Below are positions 48,166 to 59,081 of a stretch of 64,000 bases of DNA, one piece after another. The notes under the pieces are model-generated. The model was given only the letters and a program-made list of their open reading frames with translations. It ran no database searches and was not told the DNA's origin. The stretch's first letter is position 1. Every line of letters begins with the position of its first letter. The stretch is from Vermamoeba vermiformis (Eukaryota), in contig JBEWZL010000121.1 in assembly GCA_045837725.1 (NCBI GenBank), positions 372,001 through 436,000 on the forward strand, written 5' to 3'. Position numbers and translations under genes: made by a program.

Positions 48166-50759
48166 TTACGACTGATAAGTCATCGTATAAGTAACAACCT
48201 TCTTATATCTCGTATCAGGATCGATCGTGTGTTCACTGAAATTCGGATTCAGATCCGTCGGTGTCGAACTCAACAACGCTCTGTAATATTTGCTGCATTC
48301 TTCAGCGGCTTTTTCAACACTTTTTCCATTCTAGGAAATAGCAAATGATTAATAAAGAGCTTAAAATAGCCTGAGAAAGGGTGATCTAACTTACCTCGAA
48401 GAAATGTTTTACGACCCACGTGACATCAAGAGCGGACAATACGGCTCGATTAGCGCCTGTTCCGATTGGCCAAAACGGTTCAACGAGCGCGTCACCAACA
48501 AGAGCCACTGGCAAAAAGTGACCAGTGCGGTCATCTTTGATGAACTTGAATTCTTCTTTGCTCTCTTGTCGCGACGAAAAATCAAAAATTTGAACGTCGT
48601 CTTGGTCCCTAGAATACATTGTTAGTAATGTGAACGTGTTAATATCATTGTGAAACGTACTTATGGTTCTTCGAGAAAGGCACATCCGCGGGCAAGTTGA
48701 CTTTGTTTGCAACCTCTCGAACGAGTGATTTGAGGCTATTATAGTCAATGTTGCTCTGACTTAACATGTCTGGACCTTCAGACTGTTATAATAACAAAGT
48801 ACGTTAGAAAGGGTACATCGATTTGAAGTGACATGTTGACACGTGTCATGCTCGGTTGGTACGTACCTTAATGACACCTCGCTTCAGAAGACTCTCGCGC
48901 TTGGCAGTCATGACGAAGTAATGTGTTTCACCACGATAATAAACGAGGTTCTCGAGATCAATATCGTATTCATCTCGCAGGTGCGCAAAGAACTAAAAAA
49001 CGGATCTTGTCAACCTTTTGCACCAACGCTAACTAAAATAGTACTTACAGGCTTATTATAAATGGACATGAGTCCGAACTCGTTGAGGGCAATCTCATCG
49101 CGAGATTGATTGTTGACAAAATTGGCAGTAATGCCGATGGCTTCTGAACCCTTGAATAACTTGCGATCAAACTCGAACAGCTTAGCAACATTTGAGTTTT
49201 GACCGTCAGCACCAATTAAGACATTGCAGCGCAAATCCTCTTTTGGAGGCTTTGTTTTCGATGTTTCTTTGATCTGCAGATCCACGAGTTAGTCACACCT
49301 TTGCAATAATTCTATGACCATATCGTTTCTAATATATGCTTACCTTGGCGGTCCAAACAGTTCCAAACTCACTGGTGCGCTTAGTATTTCTTTTAAGACC
49401 TGAAAATATGACGCCAGAGTGGATGTGCACACCGTTAATTAAAGCAACTTTTGTGAGCAATAATTGCAAGCGACGAATAGACACGTGATGAATACCACCA
49501 GTGCAGAACTTGGGGAAGAAGAATTTAGCGCCGACTGACTGCAATGAGCGAAGGTTAGTTGGTTCAGTGAACGAGAAAAAATAAATTTGATAAAATTACG
49601 TACTGTTAACTCGCTAATTGTAGAGTCCCAAATGTGCACCAAGTTGTGTCTAGTGAATGACTTTCTCATCTCGAGAATAGTAGCCTATAAAGCAACAAAT
49701 GAGTTTGATTTTTAACGTAAACCGGATGCCGAGTACGTACAATACCGCCTAAGAATGAAAATTCAATTGCAGCTCTCAACCCGGCTATTCCAGCCCCGAT
49801 AATAACGACTTTCGGCTTTTCATTGCATTTCCATTCATATTCAGCCTAATAGAAAGAATTAGACCTTTAGACCCACATCCGAATCAAAATAGATTCCATT
49901 TTGTTGCAATACTGTTCATACGTACCCCTGATCGTTTTTTGTCTAATAATCTCCATAATGAATTAAATCTAACGACGTTTTCAGTGTTCTGCTTCAATTT
50001 CTCGTAGAGTTCATTATTGTTAGCTGGATTGATGACTAGAAATTTCAATTAATATTAAAATCAACGCTAATAATATTAATATCTATAATATAGTACTTAC
50101 GCTCACGAATCTTGTCGAAAATTGATAAAGTCGAGCGCAGATCTTCAGCGGCCACAAAGCTTTCGAAAAGCGAGGAAATTTCGTTATCGTTGGTTTGTTT
50201 CGGACTACCAGTGCCCGTATTCTCAATATTCATAGCATTGCTCGGACTATTATTGCTCCAGGAAGACTTTCTTGGTGAGTTAGATCTGCTTCGAGCTCTT
50301 GTAAACGACTTTTCAACTGGATCTGCTTGCCAGTTTGCTGCAGCAACACATGTATCCTTTAAAGGGGATGTAGGTCGAATATCTATGTGGAAAATAGAGC
50401 ATAAATCAGTATTTTAGTACAAGATCCGGATTTGGAGAATTTCTCGATAAATGGATTTGGGCCCTGACCTTGAGTTTTTAAAGGACTAGCTGATCTCGAG
50501 TCTGTATCGCTACTATTATTGCTGCTATTAGCACTTGCACTATCGCTGCTGTTCTCTTTGCACAGATCTTCAAACTGCGCGATGCGATTACGAACAGATT
50601 CAGTTCTAATAATACCTGGCTCTATATAATCAATTAGCTACGATGCAAAAAGAATATAGACGCACCTCTCGTATTAGTAGGCGCAGTATTTGAGTTGAAA
50701 GGCTTTGGTGGTTCCGAAACTGATCTGTTTCTTGTTCGGATGTCGACAACGCTTGTCAT
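48166..50759 (-). CDS. MICAL-like flavoprotein monooxygenase without CH/LIM/coiled-coil domains; multi-exon
   Basis: [116 protein letters not shown]. Confidence 0.9.
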
Positions 50760-51399
50760 TTTGGTTGATTCTATTTACAGTATGTACAATTACGTGTGGT
50801 GTTGTGATCGTTGAATTAAAACAATGTGCTCCAAACGAGGTTTTTGGTGTCAAATCTGTTACTTCAACGAAAATACAATTTGCCCGCAGTAAAGAAACAA
50901 GCGGCAGAAAAATTGCAAGCATTTAGCAAGAAATTCGGCTATTACCATATTTACACTAGCACCGGTCGTTGCGTTTTGACATAATTTTTAAGAAATTCAA
51001 AAAAAAATTAGATGAAATTCAACGTAAAATTATTAAATCGCAGGACATTGCTTGGCAAGATTTTGTGATGCGGCTTACCGTACAGTAAACAGCTCACTTG
51101 TTATTGTTGGCTAGCTGCCGTATTATTTATCCTTTCCTTGCCGATCGACTTCTTTTCATTCTCGCTTTCCACATGTATTACTGCATTAATTAGCAGTATG
51201 CCTTACGCGATCAAATTAGCTATTACGGACAGCAACTATGTATTCATTGGCCGCGAATAAACAAAAGACCGTTTTTTATCGTCGGATCAAGTTTTGGGCG
51301 GGAAAGCAACAGAAAGCGAGTTTTGGGCCAAACGGAAAAAATCAAGAATCAGAGTTCAGGCGCGCTTGCAAACCAGCTGGCCCATTAATTAATTTAAAA

Positions 51400-52100
51400 C
51401 AGTTCAAGTCAAGTCTCAGCACAACTAAAGAATGGAAGGCGTCAGTTGGAGCAGTTTCTGCGACATAGATCCGGCCTCAGGCAACGCAACCGCTTGCAAT
51501 TGGAGCGTAACCGTCACTGTCGCAGCCCCACAAGTTGAAACTCATACCTATGGACTCGATAGAGGACTGCAACTGAATTGATAAACCAAGGGCCGGCTTT
51601 GGAGAACCAGATCTGATACCGTTAGAATAATTGGAATTGTACCGAAATAAAATAAATTAACTCCGAATTGTAGTATTAATAGAATAGTTCAAGGAGGATA
51701 GTAGTGCTAACTTATGAGAGGCCAGCACTCTTTCTTTACCTCCTTCTCGTAAAATTAATCCAATGTCGTCCGCTTAATCCGGTTTATTTGTAAGTTATTC
51801 ATGGAGGCCTAAGGGAGGCAATGTAGTGAGCAAGTTATATAGCACTAGGTATTGCCGACAAGCGGTGGCCTAAACTTCAGAAAATTCTTAAATTTAAAAC
51901 GAAGGATCGTTTCTGTAATCCAGCTCCAGTAGTTTCATTTTGATAAAATTATAATTATGAGCCACTGTCGTCAGTAGTGCTTAGGTTGGACTAATCTTTG
52001 ATATTAAGGAAATTATTGCCTCAAAGGCAGAGTTGCTGGGTTGAGCCACGATCTGCTATGTCGCGCGGCCGATCGAGAGCTTAAGCTCCAAATAGCATAT
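51400..52100 (-). other. Unassigned GC-enriched, stem-rich intergenic region; candidate structured ncRNA
   Basis: Several long helices found by eye, with G-U pairs favouring the minus strand; no convincing ORF; no known RNA family recognised. Confidence 0.35.
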
Positions 52101-52245
52101 TTTGGTATTAGAATTAGTAAATTATAGCTAGTTATGTTAAAGCTGTTTGCATCCGTCATCAAACAAAAATAATCGGAACATTTTTCAATGTTGAGCAGAA
52201 TTGACAACAAGCGTAATATATATTTTATAATTAATAAAAATAATA

Positions 52246-52622
52246 ATGGTAGGAAAGGCGTCATATTTCAAATGCTATGAAGCTGATTAATTTTAACATC
52301 TGGATTTAAGGCGAGTAGACAGGCGTTAAAATCAGCTTTAGCGGATCCAACGTGCCACGAAAAAATTAAAGCAGCGTTTAATATGTACGACCTCGATGGC
52401 AAAGGAATTTTAAACCGGATCGAGTTTGGAGAGTTTGCGAAACATCTATTATCAATTTTAGAATCATCTGAAGACGCGCCCATTATTACCAAACAATTAG
52501 AAGCTGATTCACCAGCCCAATTTGCAGATAAATTATTTAACAGGTCAGATCTTAACGAAGATAACGTGATCTCATTTTCAGAATTCGAATCAATAGTGCT
52601 TTCGATGGAAATAGATCACTAG
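52246..52622 (+). CDS. Small two-EF-hand calcium-binding protein
   Basis: ATG|gtagga micro-exon, then AFNMYDLDGKGILNRIEF and DLNEDNVISFSEF loops. Confidence 0.8.
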
Positions 52623-52713
52623 AATATTTTTTGTAATTAATTGTATGTATTTTGGCAGTAAAATTTGATTTAGTAATCAATTTAAAAGACAGATCGGATC
52701 GAAGTACCTATAA

Positions 52714-55490
52714 TTATTTCTTTTTCATCGCTTTACATTTGTTGCCGGCACCACAGTCACTAAAATCGCATTAATATATTATTTAGCGCCTATTCATATT
52801 ATTTTGAGGCTTACCAATAAAAGAGACTGTTGTTTGGTTTAGATGAGATAAAATGACCTTCATGAGACGTCTTTACGCACGTTTCGCACACTCCTGAGCT
52901 AGTGCATAGACCACACGTATAGCATTCGTACCTAATCATATTATTAGTCCAACAAAATGGCCAATACTAAAAAATTTCGTAACGACATCTGAATCCACCC
53001 GCCAAAATGACATATTGATGGCGATTTAAGGATTAAAAATAATATAATATCGTCATTTAGAACAATTCTTACCAATTTTGCTCGCTAAAGTTCGCATTAG
53101 TCGCTGAAAAAGTGCACAGATTTCTCGCGATAGCCACATCCACGTTCCTCGCTAATTTTAAATATTAGACAGAATAAAATTTCTATATGATGTGCATTTA
53201 TGCTTACCTATAGTCGATGGATCGTCTCCTTCAGTATACAACATCTCATAATCGGCTTTTTTCTTCTCTTCAAACACGCAATTTGTTTGATTATCTTTAA
53301 TAGTGTTGTTTTGCAATATATATTCACTCGATAAATGCGGTTCTTCTTGTTCGGGCATTTGAAGGCCTATAATTATAGTTAGAACTTGGATCTATAATCG
53401 AACTTTAGATTCGGATCTTAGTTTTGAACCACAAATAATCTCTGTGGACCAATAACTTATAAAAGATATTAATGTCCGCCTAGTAATGCTATTAGACATT
53501 ATTGAGAGGAATAAGCCTTATAAATATACTAGATCCGGATCTGATGTTTACGTACCAATATTTTCGTTATTAGTGATCGTATTTCCAGTAAATTTTTCAA
53601 CTTTAACGTCGTATCTGATACTAACGCCCCAATATTGGTTTCGTCTAATAATATTGTCTTCTAAACTAACTGTCGTGTTTTCAAATGCGATCACGCCGAT
53701 TGGATTTTTATCCATTTCATTTCCTTTTATGGCAATCTTCGAGAAATGCTTGCAACCAATCGCAAGCTCTTCGCACTTGGTAAAATAACATTTTTCGACG
53801 GTAATATCTGCCGCGCAGTCATAAGTAAGAACGCCGCTTTTGTTGCCGTCAAATTGACAGCTTTCAACGCTTGATTTTTTGTCTTCGGTGCATTCTCTGA
53901 ACTCGACGCCGGCCAGATTTCCAGTGAATACTATAAAATGAAATAAAATAAGACATCCACTAAAAAAAAAAATATTAAAATCCGATCTTTTTTTCAATTT
54001 TTTCACAGATATTTTTGCGTCAATATTCGGTAGATTTGTTCAAGTTCAATATTATTTCCTTATTTGGAAAGTGCACATATATGATGATTGGACGTACCGC
54101 AGTTTCTGACAGTTAGAGCACCATTGATAGCAAAAATTCCGTTCTGTTTGCAGTCGTAAAAGTTGCTGTTTTCAACGACGGCATGAGCTCCTTCTCTGCG
54201 CACAATAAAATATTAATATTCTTTTCTTGGAATTCGATACCGAATAAGCGGATCTGGACCTCTGATGATTGATTTTTAGTACGTACCTCACTAACAATCC
54301 CGACAATGAACCAGAATGAAACTCGCAGTTGTCAATATGAAATGTAAATTGTCTTAATATACAAGCCGAATGGCCAGCCTGTTTTGTCTCCTGCATTCAC
54401 CGTAATATTCTGTATTTTAATAAGAAAGTGTCAGATTTGCTCTACTCTCGAATGGAAATTATTGTAATAGAATTACCTTGATCTCAATAACGACCTCTTT
54501 TTCTCGCGCCGAGCCGTAAAAATAAAATGGCGTGGTCATGACCGGATCCGTTTCTTTGATAAAAATTGTTTTTTGCTCAGGCATCTTCTCGCTCCAAGGC
54601 ATATCATATAGTCCATAGTAATTGTTACCGCCAAGAACAAAAACAACAAAAGAACAGCCAGAGACCAAAGTGAAAAAAAGAAGAAGAAAGCAAGAAAAAC
54701 CAGGGAAAGGATTAAAAAAATTCTCCCTTGTTCTACGTTTTTCGTATTTATTTTTTTAATTGGAGTAATAAAATTGGAAAGGGGGGGAGGCGGTAAGGAA
54801 CTTCCCGGTTTTTATATAGCGTATTTAGGAGTAGAAACTCTCACCGGGAAGGAAGGATAAAAGAGAGGAATAGAAAGAAGCCAGTGGGCCCCTCGGCCCC
54901 TGACCCTTCTTTTGCTATTCCATGATTCTGTTCTTGCCCGGCACTCAGAGCCCTCCAATTCCGCCCCTCAAAGATCAAAGATACAAACGGAAACACTTCT
55001 AATAGGCCTTAGTAAATTCCGGAAGAACCGCGGTATTTGAGTGGTTTTGGCCGTGGTTGAAAAAAACAAATCCCCTCGAGGCGTGTGGAAAAAAGCGTTT
55101 TGATGGTTTCGAAGTTTCAATGTGGCGGTAACAGTAATTACAATAAGGACGCAAAATGAAGGATTCTCCCTCAGGAATTACGTAATTGCCTGGAGCAAAA
55201 ATGTATTTAACTGGATTCGCTTTTGTTCGTGTAGCTGAATCATCATGCACTTCTGCAATTGTTGGTAGCTCTTTAGCAGTCTTAAATATTTCTTTCCAAT
55301 CTAAATTATTCATTAAGAATATCGAAGATTCTGATTTATTTTCGATCTAAACTAGAATTCACTAAATCCGCAATTTTTTGATAATTTAAAAGCATAATAA
55401 TAAGGGCAAAAATTAATGATATAAATACATCGTAATATTTACCTGTAATATCTGCTGGCACGTAAATTATCGGCTTTTTTTCATTGACGT
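52714..55490 (-). CDS. FBXO11-like protein (right-handed beta-helix + C-terminal UBR-box zinc finger); 5' part garbled
   Basis: GI/GV.. N.. beta-helix repeats (DGNKSGVL, RNQYWGV, NNENIG); C-term AIARNLCTF...YEC.TC.....GVCETC...HEGH...FYCDCGAG; degenerate F-box-like segment near 55310-55470. Confidence 0.7.
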
Positions 55491-56507
55491 AAGATTGAAC
55501 TTCAGTTTATTAAATTTCTAACACCAGAATAAATATCAAAGTTTCAAGAAGAAGAGAGGGAGCGGCCTTGGCTGGAAACGCAATGCGCAAAAGATAAAAA
55601 CATACAAAAGTACCCCCCACCCCCAACCAAAAAGACTCCCCCCCCCCAAGACCTCCTCCCGCGCTCTCGGCGCTCCGAAAATACTCCCCCTTACTCCCCC
55701 CCCACCAATATAGCCATCACTAATAATATACTCTACTAAACTGCTCCCCCCCCCACGACTCTTTCTCAAGAAAAAATACCCTAAAAAAACCCTCCTTCAA
55801 AACCCACGCCAGATTAAACCACTTGTACCTATCAGCTCGCCAGATTTAACTACCAGGATAAAGCTCCGCCCCCAAAAAAGACTGAAGTCTCCAACTCTTC
55901 TCCCAAAACCGTCAACCGAATCAGCATATCCCTCAACCCCTCACAACAAACTCAACAGGTACTCCTCCCCCCCCCCCTCCCCCATACCAAAAGAACGCTG
56001 TTCAGCTGCCCCAATAACCTCCTTCCAGACCTATACCGCCTTCTACTGATGCAGAAAAGAGACTCCAACAAAATCTAAGATATAAACGAGCTCACAACCT
56101 TGCAAATCATAAACCCCTGCCACCCCCCTCCAAAGAAACAAAACTATAAAACCGACTCCCCCCCACGAACGACTTGATTTCACGCCCCCAGACCCACCCG
56201 CAAAACAAAACGGTTTAACTGTCCCCCCCCAAGAACAACCCCCCATGCACCGGCCCCACATGAAGACCCCGCCCGACGCCCCCGCCCCCGGAGAAAAAGA
56301 AAAGCGAAAGAAGGAAGGGTGAAAAAGATTGAGCAAATGATTATCTAAAATAAATGAAATATACCCAACTGGGTTTTTACAATACCTTTCGATCAGAATA
56401 AATAAAGGGACTGATACTATAGAGGGTATAAAAAAATTTTTATATACAGGTTGTTTTGCGAACGTTAGAAGTTTGCTGACATGTCAAGCTCGGATGCAGA
56501 TCCGAAA

Positions 56508-58886
56508 CTAAATCACCTCAACAGACCTCGTAGTGCTGGGATAACTCTCATTGGGCGAGTCACTTTCACTTTCAATTTCACTATCTTCATCATCGTGATC
56601 ACTCGTAATATTGCCTTGCAGTTTGTTTTCATCAATGTTGCTGTCATACGAACTGTCGCTGATCTCGCTCTCGTAACTTTCACGGTCACGTGACACATTA
56701 TCATTAGGAGCCGTGTCGGCATTATTCCGCTGTTCTAACTGAATGACAGTGTCATTTGCAGGTGCCAATAAATCGCGACTGCTCACAGCAGCGTGGATCG
56801 AGTCTTCAGTTCGCGGTGACTGGAGCGTACTTGGCGACGATAAAGTGGTCTTAGATTGACCGCCCTCGAGCTTAGCCGATGCATTGGGTGTACTGCCCGA
56901 GGTCTTTGGTTTGAGCAAGGGCACGGAGAATGCGAGAATTTGCACGAGACTGATGGAAATGAGCATCAAAGTGCTGATGAAGTTCGATGCAAATAATCCC
57001 CACGGCCAGTAGAAATATTCTGTCGCTCCAAATGCCAATAATAACACATATACTAACTCCAATATAGCACTAGCAATTAATAACTTGATCGCCTGATAAA
57101 TGCATTAGTCATTGCAAAAATTTTCGTGAGAATTTTGTTCCGTACTCGATATTTGCTCTGTCCGCGTTCACTGATTCGATTTTTCACTGATTTCAACGTC
57201 TTCATTAACTTAACGCCATAATGCAAGAAAAATATCGCGGTGAAGAGCGCTACCACGGCATACAACACCGTGACTACGATGGTTAAAATTCCAACCGGTC
57301 CCGCACCAACTGCGCGTAGCACTGACGTCACTAGTTCAATGGTCCATATTAGCGGCACTATGACAAAGAACGGCACTTTCATTCGGCTCAAAAATATTCT
57401 TGTTCGTGTTTGCTTGGACGACAACAGCTCTTTCCTAAATAGGAAAATTTTGATCAGATTGGATGTCACCGTATTATTTATCTATAAATTTTGTAATCTT
57501 ACCAATAGAGTGTGATTAATAAGGATGTTGTGACAAATACGGGCAATGATAAAGTTAATAAAATATGACCCGCTGTCAACGGGAAAGAATCGACGGCTCC
57601 ATAACGGATCTATTCCATGGTACACCATTCGCTCTAAAAAATCCTTCGTTAATTCTTTGCACGTATATTTATAACGGAATTCACCGGATCTATGACTTAC
57701 CGAGATTGCCAAATATCTCGATCCAGAGACATATTTGCGGAATTGAATTTTGAAATCCGAATACTCTCGAATAGGTCTACATAATTTGATAATTAGTTGT
57801 TTTGCAACGTGTCACGATGGCATATGCTCCTTCCAAAAAAGGAAAATGTTATGTTTAGCCTTATCGTTAAAATAAAGCTTTAAAATTAATCCAATCTGAT
57901 GCTAACTAATGCTTACGTGTAATTTATATGTCGCTAATATTGCCACTGCTAAAGCATAAGCGCCAAGAATTGCGCTGTAGATCGGATAAGCTGGTGTCGC
58001 ATAGACTTCTTCCCAAGCGTTATAACCTAAATTATATCATTAATATATGTCATAATTATTTTAAGTATTAACAAGTCGAAGATCTAACTCCGGAGTTCAG
58101 ATCTGAAAAACCCGTGGCGTGTCTATTTATAGCTTTGATTATCGGCCACTTCTATAACTGCTTACCATTAAAGTCCATCTCTACTATAACTGTATTATTA
58201 TTGTCCGGATTATCTGACTCCATGTATTGGATTAGATCCGTAATGTCCACGTAACCCACATCCCACACCGGAAGACGCAAATCAGAACGGTCAGTTCCAT
58301 CTCTAAGGTGAGATATAATACCAGGGAATCCTATTATAATTTTGACATTAGTAATGCATCAAACGATTAAGAAATAAAGCGGATCTTACGAGAGAAACGA
58401 GCGCAGTTTAAAAATCCAACCGCTCCTTGCGCTTGAATATTTCTTATTTGATACTCCATGCTTAATATTATCAAGATTAGAACAATGATGTGGATTATTT
58501 AAGTCTAAAATATGAACGAATTTCTTAACGAAAAATGGATCCGATTTTTAATCTCGTAAAAATCCTAATCATACCTGCCACTATCAACTAAACATGCTAA
58601 TACTATAGCTCCTTCCCATGGACCTGGTTTATCCGTCCAAGTTCCTGCCAAGCGAGCAACAAAGGGCTTATCGGTGGATCTGAATTTCAAAATTAATAAA
58701 TTTGAAATTATTTGATTGTATTGTCATGCTAATAATAATTACTTACACTTTATCATAAAAATTTGGGATCCATGGACTGTTGTACGTCTTATTTGCGAAC
58801 TGTGGCGGGTAAAGTACTCGAAAGCCCGTTGCCGAATTCCATAACGAGCAGACCGCTAAAAATAAATAAAAATAAGAGTATTTCAT
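56508..58886 (-). CDS. Signal peptide + PA-like ectodomain + multi-TM (about 7) receptor-like protein; multi-exon
   Basis: MKYSYFIYFLAVCSLW signal; IRKIQAQGAVG and LPVWDVG (PA-like); successive hydrophobic helices; Ser/acidic cytoplasmic tail. Confidence 0.68.
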
Positions 58887-59081
58887 AATTGCATCTTTTG
58901 TGGTGTATTGGCCAAACTGTAAACGTTAAAAAATTTGTTTTTCGATTAACAAAAAAGGCAAAGTCTCGCGATGTTGCCTACATTTTAAAATTCAGTTAGA
59001 AAGTCACAAAACTATTAATGCATTACTAGTAAATTGCTGTTCATTTGAAGTGTACAATTCTTTTGAATTGCACGAAGGATC

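Noticed and set aside
51550-51620. MDSIEDCN-TGA as a CxU selenoprotein, or an antizyme-like frameshift site
   Set aside because: No recognisable SECIS, and the downstream frame is short and unlike Sep15/SelM or antizyme.
51920-51975. Hammerhead-like CUGACGA followed by a 6-bp stem (minus strand)
   Set aside because: The stem is followed by GAGC rather than GAAA, and no stem I/III with a cleavage triplet was found.
55536-56336. Gly-rich ORFs on the minus strand
   Set aside because: Derived from homopolymer-rich, probably low-quality sequence.
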